Source: Chloroflexota bacterium
Lineage (GTDB): Bacteria; Chloroflexota; UBA6077; CF-72
Length of the DNA stretch: 41,210 bases
Assembly: GCA_005883405.1 (NCBI GenBank)
Contig: VBGG01000059.1
Coordinates: 1-41,210, forward strand
Reading direction: 5' to 3'
The notes beneath the pieces are model-generated. The model saw only the letters and a program-made list of their open reading frames with translations, made no database searches and had not been told where the DNA came from. A program made the position numbers and the translations under genes. Shown here in pieces: positions 15,109-26,103 of the stretch; position 1 is the first letter of the stretch, and every line of letters starts with the position of its first letter.

Positions 15109-17322
15109 TCATGAGACGAGTCCCAGCAGGTAGACGAGACTGAAGATGATCACCCAGATGCCATCGACGAAGTGCCAGTAGATCGAGACCGTGTCCACCG
15201 CCGTTCGCCGCAGGCCGGCGCGAAAGTCACCGGTCCTGCCGAGTAGCCCGATCACGCTGAGAGCGATCAGCCCGATGAAGACGTGCAGCCCATGAAAGCC
15301 CGTCAGGGTGAAGAACGAGGAGGTGAAGAGGTTGGTGCTGATGGTGATGCCGTCGGCATACAGGCGCGCATACTCCGTCACCTGGCCGATGAGAAAGACG
15401 GCTCCCAACACGATGCTCGCCACCCACCACGTGAGGAAGCCACGCTGATCGTCCCGCGCGAGGCGTTTTTCGCCCAGATAGACGGTGCCGCTGCTCGCAA
15501 AAAGAAACAGGCTGAAGAGCAGCGTGCGCGGTACGTCGAGGTCGTGCGGACTCGGGCCCGGACTGCGGGTGCGATATTCGAGGAAGGTCACGATCAGCGC
15601 CCCGAAGAACGTGGCTTCGCTGAAGATGAACGCCGCGATTCCAACGATCGGAGCTCGCCAGTTTCGGGTCGGATCCGGCCGTGCTTCGACGGCTTCGAGG
15701 TTGTGCTGCAGATCCCACAAAGGCCGGGCGCTCCCGATCGGCGGCAGCGCCACAAAGTTGTAAGCAGGCGGGGGTGAAGACGTTGCCCACTCCAGAGTCC
15801 AGCCATTCCACGGGTTGTCGCTTGCCCGCGTACCACCGCGCAGCGCGCGCCACACATCCCACACCAGCGCCAGGATGCCGACCGCCATCATGAATGCGCC
15901 GATCGTCTCGGCAAAGTTCAGCGCGCCCCAGCCCGGCAGATTGTCATAGGTGTAGGTCCGCCGTGGCTGCCCCATCAATCCCAGGATGTGCATTGGAAAG
16001 AATGTGAGATTGAAGCCGACCATCATCAACCAGAAGATCCAGCGTCCGACGTGCTCGTCCAGCAGTCGACCCGTGATCTTTGGAAACCAGTAATAGGTGG
16101 CAGCCAGGATCGCAAAGAGCGACCCACCACCCAGCACGTAGTGGAAGTGACCGACGACGTAGTACGTATCGTGGGTTTGCCAATCCACCGGCACCGTCGC
16201 GAAGTGAATTCCGGTCAGCCCGCCGATAGTGAACTGCAGCACAAACGCCAGTGCGTACAGCATCGGCACGCTCAGGTGAATGCGTCCACCCCATAATGTT
16301 GCCAACCATGAGAACACCTTCACCCCGGTAGGCACCGCGATGGTCATGCTGGACAACCCGAAAAACGCGTTGGCAACGTCGCCCAGACCGACAGTGAACA
16401 TGTGGTGCGCCCACACCGCGACCGACAGGAATGCGATCGCGATGCCGGAGGCGACGATCACCCCGTAGCCGAAGATCGGCTTGCGGGCGAACACCGGGAT
16501 GACCTCCGAAATGATGCCGAAGGCCGGCAGCGCCATGATGTAGACCTCGGGATGGCCGAAGTACCAGAACAGGTGCTGCCACAAGACCGGATCACCGCCG
16601 CGGCTGACGTCGAAGAAATGCGCCCCAAGGTAGCGGTCGATGAGCAGCATGGCCTGAGCCGCCGTCAGCGAGGGGATAGCCGCGAGTATCAGCCAGGCGG
16701 TGATCAGCGACATCCAGGTGAAGATCGGCAGCCGGAACCAGCCCATTCCCGGCGCGCGCAGCGTGACTCCGGTCACCAGCAGATTGACGCCAGTTGCGAT
16801 GGTTCCAGCGCTGGTTACCAGCAGACCGAGTGCCCAGTAGTCGACGCCGCCCTCGAGACTGAACGGCTTCTCGCTCAACGGCGCGTAGCTGAACCAACCG
16901 GTGTCGGGCGGCGTGCCATTCAGAAAGGCGAAGTACAGAATCAATCCGCCAAACAGGAACAACCAGTAGCTGAAGGCGTTCAGGCGCGGAAACGCCATGT
17001 CACGTGCACCGATCTGGAGTGGCACGATGTAGTTGGCAAATCGCAGCAGGATCGGCATGACCACCAGGAAGATCATCGTGGTGCCGTGCATCGTGAACAC
17101 CGCGTCGTATGCCGCCGGGTCGAGGAATGTGTTGCACGGCACCGCCAGCTGGATACGGATGAGCAGCGCCTCGAGTCCACCGATCAACATGAACGCGGCG
17201 CTGGTGGCGAGGTACAGGACGCCGATGTCCTTGTGATCGACCGTGGTGAACCACCGCAGCGCACCCGGCGGCCGCAGCTGTTCGGCGGCTGGAGTGGGTA
17301 TCGCCGGCGCCGCGACCGTCAC
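15109..17322 (-). CDS. ctaD: Cytochrome c oxidase subunit I fused to subunit III (caa3-type)
   Basis: WFTTVDHKDIGVLYL, FWYFGHPEVYI, WAHHMFTVG and VVGHFHYVL belong to subunit I. The C-terminal roughly 200 aa are subunit-III-like (FFTLTGFHGLHVFIG, IYWHFVDGIWVIIF). Start set at GTG 17322, which overlaps the coxII stop (GTGA). The track ORF reads 186 codons further upstream through coxII. Confidence 0.9.
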   Translation of the reverse strand: MTVAAPAIPTPAAEQLRPPGALRWFTTVDHKDIGVLYLATSAAFMLIGGLEALLIRIQLAVPCNTFLDPAAYDAVFTMHGTTMIFLVVMPILLRFANYIVPLQIGARDMAFPRLNAFSYWLFLFGGLILYFAFLNGTPPDTGWFSYAPLSEKPFSLEGGVDYWALGLLVTSAGTIATGVNLLVTGVTLRAPGMGWFRLPIFTWMSLITAWLILAAIPSLTAAQAMLLIDRYLGAHFFDVSRGGDPVLWQHLFWYFGHPEVYIMALPAFGIISEVIPVFARKPIFGYGVIVASGIAIAFLSVAVWAHHMFTVGLGDVANAFFGLSSMTIAVPTGVKVFSWLATLWGGRIHLSVPMLYALAFVLQFTIGGLTGIHFATVPVDWQTHDTYYVVGHFHYVLGGGSLFAILAATYYWFPKITGRLLDEHVGRWIFWLMMVGFNLTFFPMHILGLMGQPRRTYTYDNLPGWGALNFAETIGAFMMAVGILALVWDVWRALRGGTRASDNPWNGWTLEWATSSPPPAYNFVALPPIGSARPLWDLQHNLEAVEARPDPTRNWRAPIVGIAAFIFSEATFFGALIVTFLEYRTRSPGPSPHDLDVPRTLLFSLFLFASSGTVYLGEKRLARDDQRGFLTWWVASIVLGAVFLIGQVTEYARLYADGITISTNLFTSSFFTLTGFHGLHVFIGLIALSVIGLLGRTGDFRAGLRRTAVDTVSIYWHFVDGIWVIIFSLVYLLGLVS

Positions 17323-18191
17323 TTCAAACTCTCCAGATAGTCGACCAGAGCGCTGAGGTCCGCATCGCCGAGCTTCTGATAGGCCGGCATCAACACCCCT
17401 GGTTTGATGGCCTGTGGATTGAAGATCCAGCGGCGCAGGTTGTCGGGCGTATTGTCGATAACGCCCGCGCCGAGTGTCGACCGACCGCCCACGTGCGTGA
17501 GGTCCGGACCAATATCCGCGGTGGGCGGCAGACCGCGTATCGCGTGACAGGCGACACACGTGTTCTGGAGGAAGACTTGCTCGCCGCGCGCGCCAGATGG
17601 CGTCAGCGGTTCGGCTACCACCCGAACGCGCATCCACGCATGCTGGAGGCCGCAGTACTGGTTGCAATAGCCGTCGTACACCCCAGCTCTGTCCACCAGG
17701 ATCGACATGCGGTTTGCCTTGCCGGGCACCAGATCCTGCATCCAGCCAAACTGCGGCACGTGAAAGCTGTGGATTACGTCGATCGACTCGAGAGACATCT
17801 GCAGCGGCGTGCCCGTTGGAACGTGCAGCTCGTTCGCCGTAGTCGCCTGGGGGTCCGCATAGACGTACTCCCACCACCATTGATGCCCGACCACGCGCAG
17901 GGTTCGGGCGCCGGGCTGGTCGGCATCCACCGTCCGAATCGTGGCGATGACGAGCACGAAGACGATGGCCAACAGCACCGCCGGGCTGACGGTCCAGATC
18001 ACTTCCAGGCGGCGATTCCCGTGCCGTTGGGGCGGTTCGGTCGCATCACCCGGCGCGGCTCTGAAACGCGTGAGCGCGATCACCAGCACGCCGACGACCA
18101 GCGCCAGTAGCAAGCCTGAGACGATCAACTCGAACCAGAACAGGTTCGAGATCGAGAGTCCCTGTGGACTGACCGGGTCGAAGCTCGGCAA
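17319..18191 (-). CDS. ctaC: Cytochrome c oxidase subunit II with C-terminal cytochrome c domain (caa3-type)
   Basis: The CuA site is HSFHVP...CNQYCGLQHAWM. The haem c motif is CVACH, with LMPAY downstream. Two N-terminal TM helices. TTG start; no clear SD. Confidence 0.9.
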   Translation of the reverse strand: MPSFDPVSPQGLSISNLFWFELIVSGLLLALVVGVLVIALTRFRAAPGDATEPPQRHGNRRLEVIWTVSPAVLLAIVFVLVIATIRTVDADQPGARTLRVVGHQWWWEYVYADPQATTANELHVPTGTPLQMSLESIDVIHSFHVPQFGWMQDLVPGKANRMSILVDRAGVYDGYCNQYCGLQHAWMRVRVVAEPLTPSGARGEQVFLQNTCVACHAIRGLPPTADIGPDLTHVGGRSTLGAGVIDNTPDNLRRWIFNPQAIKPGVLMPAYQKLGDADLSALVDYLESLK

Positions 18192-18267
18192 GGATTAGTT
18201 CTTTGCTTCTTCAATAGAACACTATCAGTCGGAGTACGTCGTCGTTTGGACAAGAGTGGGGAAACTC

Positions 18268-18312
18268 CCTCTCCCTCTGGGAGAGGGCTGGGGTGAGGGT
18301 GCCGTAGCCGCG
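18268..18312. repeat. REP/MITE-like element, copy B (left half only)
   Basis: CCTCTCCCTCTGGGAGAGG, GCT, GGGGTGAGGGTGC, CGTAGCC... with no matching right arm. It lies in the coxII/obg divergent spacer. Confidence 0.7.
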
Positions 18313-18360
18313 GGGCGTAACCTGTGGGCAGTGAACGAACAGCCACCGGACAAGTTTTGA

Positions 18361-19933
<1,573 letters not shown>

Positions 19934-19937
<4 letters not shown>

Positions 19938-20566
19938 TCCGCCTCGGTCTCCTGGGCGGGACGTTCGACCCGCCGCATTATGGCCACCTGATCGCAGCTC
20001 AAGAAGTGGCCTGGCGGCTCCACCTCGATCGAGTGCTATTCCTGCCGGCCAGGCAGAACCCGCTCAAACGCGGCGAGCGCAGCAGCGCCGCCGAGGATCG
20101 CTGCCAGATGGTTGCCCTGGCCATCGACGATGACCCCCGATTCGCGCTGTCACGTCTCGACCTCGATCGGCCGCCGCCTTCGTACAGCGCCGATCTTCTG
20201 CGCGCCCTCGCTTCGCCCGAGAGCGAGTTGTTCTTCATGGTCGGGGCGGACATCGTGCCCGAGTTGCCGAAGTGGCGCGAGCCAGAAGAGATCCTGCGGC
20301 TGGCGCGGCTGGTGGTCGTCAATCGGCCCGGCGCGCCCGATCCCGACCTCGAGGGGCTCGTGAAGTCGTTTCCTGCCACCAGTGGGCGTGTCGATTGTGT
20401 TCGCATTCCAGGCGTGGACGTCTCCTCGACTGAGATTCGGCAACGAGTTCGTGCCGGCGCGCCGATCCGCTACCTCACGCCGCCAGCCGTGGAGCGCTAC
20501 ATCGCCGAGAAGCAGTTGTATCTCACCGCCTCTCCCTCTGGGAGAGGCCGCGCGCAGCGCGGGTGA
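19934..20566 (+). CDS. nadD: Nicotinate-nucleotide adenylyltransferase
   Basis: LLGGTFDPPHYGHL ((H/T)xGH motif) and ISSTEIR-like VSSTEIRQRV are present. The last roughly 13 codons and the stop lie inside REP copy C. Confidence 0.9.
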
Positions 20567-20638
20567 GGGGTGCTTACGAGATTTCAACGTTCGCGAAGAT
20601 ACGCACCCCTCACCCCAGCCCTCTCCCAGAGGGAGAGG
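20529..20638. repeat. REP/MITE-like element, copy C
   Basis: CCTCTCCCTCTGGGAGAGG, CCGCGCGCAGCGC, GGGTGAGGGGTGC, 29-nt loop, GCACCCCTCACCCC, AGC, CCTCTCCCAGAGGGAGAGG. It lies between convergent nadD and the histidine kinase, overlapping both 3' ends. Confidence 0.9.
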
Positions 20639-21476
20639 GAGTAGGACTAACCCATGAGGGCTCGGCGGGCAGGCTCACGCTGAAGCGCGCCCCGCTGCCG
20701 TCGGTGCGGTTCTCGGCCCAGGCCCGCCCGCCGTGCTCCTCGGCGACGTGTCGAACGATGGCCAACCCCAGCCCCGACCCGCCATGAGCCCGGCTCCGCC
20801 CGCGGTCCACCCGATAGAAGCGGTCGAACACACGCTCGAGCGCATCCGGCGGAACACCGGGCCCGTCGTCCTCGACTTCGAGCAGCGCCTGGGGAGGCCT
20901 GCGCCGGACGCTGACGGTGACCGCCCCTGGACGGTCGCTCGCATGGCGCAGCGCGTTTTGCACAAGGTTGCCCACCAGTTGCCGCAGGCGGTCGTCGTCG
21001 CCATGCACCATGACCGGCTCCGCCTCGAGCGTGATTCGCTCACCGCCCGGTAAGCGACCGATGACGTCCCGCGCCAACTGGTCGAGTCGAATCGGCACGC
21101 GTTCCAGTTGCAGCTCGCCTGAGCCTGACTCGGCCAGCAGCAGGAGATCGCGAATCAGCCGTGCCATGCGATCGACTTCTTCGCGCGTCTCGGCAAGCAC
21201 TTCGGCGCGCTCGGCGGGCGGCAGCTCGCGTTCGACTTCCAGCAGGTCAAGATTGCCGCGGACCGTCGTCAGCGGCGTACGCAGCTCGTGTGAGGTATCC
21301 GCCAGAAGCTGCTGCTGCGCCGTGAGAACATTCTCGACCTGCACGACCAGGTCGTTGTAGGCGCGCCTCAGGCGAGCAACCTGACGGCCGCGCATGTCGA
21401 TGACCCACACGACGAACACGAGCATGCCAATGGCGACCAGCGCGCCAAGCGCCAGGACCTGGACATCGACTGTCAC
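20610..21476 (-). CDS. Sensor histidine kinase, short form (1 TM, DHp plus HATPase_c)
   Basis: H-box [10 protein letters not shown]-box [10 protein letters not shown]-boxes DDGPGV and [10 protein letters not shown]. The GTG start overlaps the regulator stop (GTGA). The C-terminal PSPSGRGLG is encoded by REP copy C. Confidence 0.85.
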   Translation of the reverse strand: MTVDVQVLALGALVAIGMLVFVVWVIDMRGRQVARLRRAYNDLVVQVENVLTAQQQLLADTSHELRTPLTTVRGNLDLLEVERELPPAERAEVLAETREEVDRMARLIRDLLLLAESGSGELQLERVPIRLDQLARDVIGRLPGGERITLEAEPVMVHGDDDRLRQLVGNLVQNALRHASDRPGAVTVSVRRRPPQALLEVEDDGPGVPPDALERVFDRFYRVDRGRSRAHGGSGLGLAIVRHVAEEHGGRAWAENRTDGSGARFSVSLPAEPSWVSPTPSPSGRGLG

Positions 21477-22168
21477 GGTTGTTCGCGCAGGGAGTAGCCG
21501 ACGCCGCGCACAGTCTGCAGCAGCCTTGGCAGACCCCCCGCCTCGAGCTTTTCGCGCAGATACGACATGTTGGCGTCGATGATGTTTGAGCCGCCGAGAT
21601 GATCACTGCCCCATACGCCGCGAAAGATCTGATCGCGCGTGAGCACCTGTCGGGGGTGGCGCAGGAAGTAGGCGAGCAGGTCGAACTCACGCGCGGTGAG
21701 ATCCAGTGGCTCGTCCGCACGCCAGGCCTCGCGCGTGGCCGGGTCCAACACCAGGTCCGCGTACGTCAGGCACTCGCTGGCCGGCTGTGAGCCGCGCCGC
21801 CTGAGGAGCGCGCCGACTCGCGCCAGGAGCTCTTCGAACGCGAACGGCTTGGGCAGGTAGTCGTCGGCGCCGCTGGCGAAACCGGCCAGCTTGTCGGCGA
21901 CCTGGCCGCGCGCGGTGAGCATCAGGATGGGCACATCCACGCCGGCGGCTCGCACCCGCCGCGCCACTTCGAGGCCGTCGAGCGGCTCGGGGAGCATGAC
22001 GTCGAGCACCAGCAGGTCTGGTCGCTCATCGCGGATGACGCGCATGGCGGATTCGCCGTCCTCGACTGCCTGCACGTCGTAGCCGGCGAGGACCAGGCCT
22101 CGCCGAAGCATGCGCAGCAGATTTGGGTCGTCGTCCACGACCAGAATGCTCGGGCTCCTGCTGCTCAC
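21473..22168 (-). CDS. OmpR/PhoB-family response regulator
   Basis: The receiver domain reads [26 protein letters not shown] and KPF. The winged-helix output domain reads [25 protein letters not shown]...VRGVGY. Confidence 0.9.
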   Translation of the reverse strand: MSSRSPSILVVDDDPNLLRMLRRGLVLAGYDVQAVEDGESAMRVIRDERPDLLVLDVMLPEPLDGLEVARRVRAAGVDVPILMLTARGQVADKLAGFASGADDYLPKPFAFEELLARVGALLRRRGSQPASECLTYADLVLDPATREAWRADEPLDLTAREFDLLAYFLRHPRQVLTRDQIFRGVWGSDHLGGSNIIDANMSYLREKLEAGGLPRLLQTVRGVGYSLREQP

Positions 22169-22182
22169 CGTATGATCCGTGT

Positions 22183-22809
22183 GTGTCCTTCCTCGACCCG
22201 CAGACGATCATCCTCACCGGCGGGCTCATCGCGATCACCGCGATCATCTTCGCCGAGTGCGGCCTGCTGATCGGGTTCTTCCTGCCTGGCGATAGCCTGC
22301 TGTTTACCGCTGGATTCCTGGCGTTTCAACAACTCGGCGGACTCGATATCTGGGTGCTCAGCATCCTGTGCGGCGTGGCGGCGGCGCTCGGTCCGTTGGT
22401 GGGCTACTGGTACGGAAATCTGTGGGGACCGCGGCTGTTCAGCCGCGACGACTCGCTGCTGTTCCACAAGCAGAACCTCGTGCGCGCCCACGAGTTTTAC
22501 GAGCGACACGGGGGCAAGGCCTTGATTCTCGCGCGCTTCATGCCGGTCGTCCGCACCTTTGCGCCCGTCGTGGCGGGCATGGCCTCGATGGAGTACCGCC
22601 GTTTCGTGGGCTACACCGTGATCGGCGCCGTCGTATGGGCGGTCGGCGTGACCTGGCTGGGTTACTTCCTCGGCAGTCTGCTCGGCCCCGATGGCGGCAA
22701 ATACCTCGAATATATCGTCGCCGCCATCATCATCGCCTCGATCGCCCCGCCCGTCATCCACGTCTTACGAGAGCGCGGCAAATCCAATGAGGTGTTAACG
22801 CGGCCCTAA
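22183..22809 (+). CDS. DedA-family (VTT/SNARE-associated) membrane protein
   Basis: FFLPGDSLLFTAGFLA and ILARFMPVVRTFAPVVAGM are DedA signatures. The start is uncertain. GTG 22183 avoids overlap with the divergent regulator gene, whereas the track ATG at 22123 overlaps it by 46 nt. Confidence 0.8.
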   Translation: MSFLDPQTIILTGGLIAITAIIFAECGLLIGFFLPGDSLLFTAGFLAFQQLGGLDIWVLSILCGVAAALGPLVGYWYGNLWGPRLFSRDDSLLFHKQNLVRAHEFYERHGGKALILARFMPVVRTFAPVVAGMASMEYRRFVGYTVIGAVVWAVGVTWLGYFLGSLLGPDGGKYLEYIVAAIIIASIAPPVIHVLRERGKSNEVLTRP

Positions 22810-22850
22810 TCCAGGCCTAATGTCGCCTGCCGAAACTTATTGGCAATCCC

Positions 22851-23708
22851 ATGACTAACACGTTGAAAACCACCGCGCTGCTTGCTGCGCTGACGGCCGT
22901 GCTGATCCTCATCGGCGACGTCATCGGCGGGCGCGGCGGAATGCTGCTCTTCTTCGGCCTGGCGGTCGTGATGAACCTCAGCGCGTACTGGTTCTCGGGC
23001 GACATCGCGCTGCGCATGGCCGGCGCACGCGAGGTGAGCGAAGAGCAAGCCCCAGAGCTGCACCAGCTGGTCGCCGAGCTGGCGACGTACGCGAGACTGC
23101 CGAAGCCCCGAGTCGCCATCATCGACAACCCGTCGCCAAACGCGTTCGCCACCGGGCGTGATGCCAACCACGCCGTGGTGGCCGTGACAAGTGGCATCCT
23201 CGGCATCCTGAGCCGCGACGAGCTGGCTGGCGTGCTCGCCCACGAGCTCGGGCACGTTCGCAACCACGACATTCTGATCTCGAGCATCGCCGCAACGATC
23301 GCCGGCGCCATCACAATGCTCGCCAACGTGGCGCAGTGGACACTGATCTTCGGCGGTTTCGGAGGCCGCGACGACGAAGACAGCAACCCATTCGCGGCCC
23401 TGTTGATGATCATCTTCGCCCCGCTGGCGGCTACCCTGATCCAGCTGGCGATCTCGCGCTCGCGCGAATTTGGCGCCGACGAGGCGGGTGCGCGCATTCA
23501 TGGCAACCCCGAGTCCCTGGCCCGCGCGCTCGAGAAGCTCGAGATGGCCACCAGCGTGCGGCCCCTGCCGGTCAACCCAGCGGTCGCCCACATGTTCATC
23601 GTCAATCCGCTCAAGGGCGTGAACTTCGCGGGACTGTTCAGTACTCATCCCCCGCTTGAGGAGCGCATCCGCAGACTACGCGCGATGCAGCTGCGCCCGA
23701 GCTACTAG
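22851..23708 (+). CDS. htpX: Zinc metalloprotease HtpX (peptidase M48)
   Basis: HELGHVRNHD zinc motif, EFGADE, and four TM segments. 285 aa. Confidence 0.92.
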   Translation: MTNTLKTTALLAALTAVLILIGDVIGGRGGMLLFFGLAVVMNLSAYWFSGDIALRMAGAREVSEEQAPELHQLVAELATYARLPKPRVAIIDNPSPNAFATGRDANHAVVAVTSGILGILSRDELAGVLAHELGHVRNHDILISSIAATIAGAITMLANVAQWTLIFGGFGGRDDEDSNPFAALLMIIFAPLAATLIQLAISRSREFGADEAGARIHGNPESLARALEKLEMATSVRPLPVNPAVAHMFIVNPLKGVNFAGLFSTHPPLEERIRRLRAMQLRPSY

Positions 23709-23748
23709 CCTCTCGCCGCGCCTGATCGATTAGTCTCTCAAGGAGAAC

Positions 23749-25179
23749 GTGTCTCCCCTTGCCGGCCTCTTCGTAGTCCTGCTACTGGTCGCCGCCAACG
23801 GCTTCTTCGTTGCCACCGAGTTCGCGCTGGTCTCATCGCGCTCGACGCGCATTGACCAGCTGGCGGCCACAGGCAGCCGCGCGGCGCGCATGGTCCAGCG
23901 CGCCAAAGCCAATCCGACGCGCTTCATCTCGGGCACGCAGCTCGGCGTCACCGTCGCCAGCTTGCTGTTGGGTTGGATCGGAGAGACGACGTTCGCCGAG
24001 CTGATTCAGCCCGGCCTCGACGGGCTGCTGGGCCTGGTCGGCCAGAGCCCAGCCGCGCCCGGCGAGATCAGCACCACTGCCCACGCCATTGCCTCGGTAC
24101 TGGCGCTCTTCGGCATCACGTTCTTTCACATCACCCTCGGCGAACAGGTGCCCAAGATCCTGGCGCTGCAGCGGGCGGAATCGATCGTCCTGTTCGCCGT
24201 TCAACCGGTGTCGGTGCTGGCATGGATCTTCAGACCGTTCATCGGCCTGCTGTACCTGTTCACGAATGTGGTGCTGCGAGGCATCGGACTGGAGTACCGC
24301 GGCGAAGAGACTGCCGTGCACTCGCCTGAAGAGCTGCAGCTGCTGGTGAGCCAGGCCGCCCGGGCGGGCGTGATGACCGGCCCCGAAGGCGAGCTGGTTC
24401 AGCGCGCTCTAGCCTTCCCCGATCAGACCGCCGGCGAAGTGATGGTGCCGCGGACCGAGATCATCGCGCTGCCCGTCGAATCGCGCGTGCAGGATGCGCT
24501 GCGGGTCGCGCAACGGCACCGACACACGCGCTTCCCCGTGTACGAGAAGACCATCGACAACGTCATCGGCATCCTGTCGACCAAGGACCTGCTCAGCGTC
24601 GCCGCGCGGCGCGGCCCGCGCCCGCCATTTGGCGACGTCAGCCTCAGACGATTGATTCGACCGCCGCTCGTGGTGCCGCAGGGTGCCTCGGTCTTCGAGG
24701 TGCTCGCGAGCATGAAGGCGGCGCGGCAGCCCATGGCGGTGGTGCTCGATGAATTCGGAGGCACCGCTGGCATCGTCACGCTCAAGGACCTGGTCACGCG
24801 GCTGCTCGGCGATGTGGGTGACGAGTACACCCCGGCCGTCCAGGAGGTGCGCACGCTGGCCGACGGGACCATCCTGGCCGACGGACTGGCCCTGGTCGAG
24901 GACGTGAATGCGCAGCTCGGCACGCACTTCGACGCCAGCGAGGTCGACTCGCTGGGCGGGCTGGTGTTCTCACGCCTTGGTCGCCGGCCGCGCGTGGGCG
25001 ACGAGGTCGATCTTGGCAGTGGCTACCGCGCGCGCGTCGAGCGTCTGGACGGCCTGCGCGTGGCGCGGGTAAGGCTGCTGCCTACGCGCCAGGCCACACC
25101 GCCACCCAGCGGCGATCAGCGCACGTCGTCGTCAACGACCGACGGCGCGGTGCCGCGCAGACCTCACTCGGCCGCGTAG
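23749..25179 (+). CDS. CNNM/HlyC/CorC-family transporter-associated protein (DUF21 TM domain, CBS pair, CorC_HlyC)
   Basis: The N-terminal part reads NGFFVATEFALVSSR...GTQLGVT. Central CBS-like repeats are present. The C-terminal transporter-associated domain reads GYRARVERLDGLRVARVRL. GTG start after AAGGAGA. Confidence 0.9.
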   Translation: MSPLAGLFVVLLLVAANGFFVATEFALVSSRSTRIDQLAATGSRAARMVQRAKANPTRFISGTQLGVTVASLLLGWIGETTFAELIQPGLDGLLGLVGQSPAAPGEISTTAHAIASVLALFGITFFHITLGEQVPKILALQRAESIVLFAVQPVSVLAWIFRPFIGLLYLFTNVVLRGIGLEYRGEETAVHSPEELQLLVSQAARAGVMTGPEGELVQRALAFPDQTAGEVMVPRTEIIALPVESRVQDALRVAQRHRHTRFPVYEKTIDNVIGILSTKDLLSVAARRGPRPPFGDVSLRRLIRPPLVVPQGASVFEVLASMKAARQPMAVVLDEFGGTAGIVTLKDLVTRLLGDVGDEYTPAVQEVRTLADGTILADGLALVEDVNAQLGTHFDASEVDSLGGLVFSRLGRRPRVGDEVDLGSGYRARVERLDGLRVARVRLLPTRQATPPPSGDQRTSSSTTDGAVPRRPHSAA

Positions 25180-25201
25180 CTTCGTCGCCGGTAGCGAACC
25201 G

Positions 25202-25340
25202 CCTCTCCCTCTGGGAGAGGCCGCGCGCAGCGCGGGTGAGGGTGCCATACGAGCGTAAACGATCGTGCTTGTACGCCACCCTCACCCCGCGCTCCGCTGC
25301 GCTCCACGGGGCAGGCCCGGCCCTCTCCCAGAGGGAGAGG
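25202..25340. repeat. REP/MITE-like element, copy D (longer right arm)
   Basis: It shares the terminal modules and the GGGTGAGGGTGC / GCCACCCTCACC arms. The loop is CATACGAGCGTAAACGATCGTGCTTGTAC. There are about 30 extra nt in the right arm. Confidence 0.9.
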
Positions 25341-25368
25341 GAGGTCGCACGCGTGTTACAAACCCGTC

Positions 25369-26080
25369 ATGCTCGGTCTCACGAGCTACCAGGAGGCGTT
25401 GCGCGCGCTCGGACGAATGTGCGAGCCGGCCACGCAGGTGCGCATCGTCGAGCAGGCCGACCTGGTGTGTGTCGAGATTGGGACAGCACGCTCGCCGCGG
25501 CGAGCATCGCGCCGCCGGACCGCTGTCCGACATCCTGCGCTCGGTTGGCGCTGCCCTCGACCAGTTGCACGCGCGCGGCATCTGCCTCGAGCTGAGCCAG
25601 GAAAGCCTGAGGGTGCGGTTCTCAGACGACCGCGAGCTGAGCTACGCCGGTGAGGAGCTCGAGGCGCTGCGGCACATGGCCGCCGCCCGCCGCAAGGGCC
25701 AGCCGCTGAGCCGGGTACTGATCCTGGAAGCCAGCCCCGATTCTGCCGCCCACCTGCGCGAGCCCCTGGTCGCCGAATTCGCCGTGCAAGCCCTGCCCTT
25801 GCTGCTCGCACGCGCCGTGGCCGCCACGCCCGAGGCGCCGGGTCTCATCCTGGTTCAGGCCTCGGACCTGGTCCTCGACGTCATCCAGACCCTCCGCCTT
25901 GGTGCTCAGACAGCCGCGGTGCCCATCGTTGTCGTGGCGTCGACGGCGGGCCAGCGTGACCCCGGGCAACTGTTCACCGCCGGCGCCGATGACCTGCTCC
26001 AGGAGCCCCTCCAACCCGCGCAGCTCCGCGCGCGCGTTCGCACCTGGCTGCTGCGCGGCCGCGGCGGCCCTCAGGTCTAG
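25369..26080 (+). pseudogene. Receiver-like (pseudo-receiver) domain protein, reading frame apparently broken near 25491-25504
   Basis: Frame 1 from ATG 25369 gives a protein-like MLGLTSYQEALRALGRMCEPATQVRIVEQADLVCVEIGTAR and then Arg-rich nonsense. Frame 2 continues from about 25500 with GPLSDILRSVGAALDQLHARGICLELSQESLRVRFS..., followed by a CheY-like fold (RVLILEASPD, GLILVQASD, VPIVVVAS, AGADDLLQEP). The alternative reading is two separate ORFs with an internal GTG or TTG start. Confidence 0.5.
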
Positions 26081-26103
26081 ACTAGACACGGAGAGTGAAG
26101 CCC

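Noticed and set aside
17323-17880. Upstream 186 codons of the 923-aa coxI/III track ORF, and likewise 33168-33479 for the SorC regulator ORF and 25265-25368 for the receiver ORF.
   Set aside because: These stretches overlap coxII, an intergenic region and REP copy D respectively, and translate to low-complexity sequence. Better starts with overlaps or SDs lie downstream.
18268-18312. Using half-copy B as a second example of loop inversion.
   Set aside because: Its short loop remnant aligns about equally well (6 of 10-11 positions) with either orientation of the D loop. Only the A versus C comparison is decisive.
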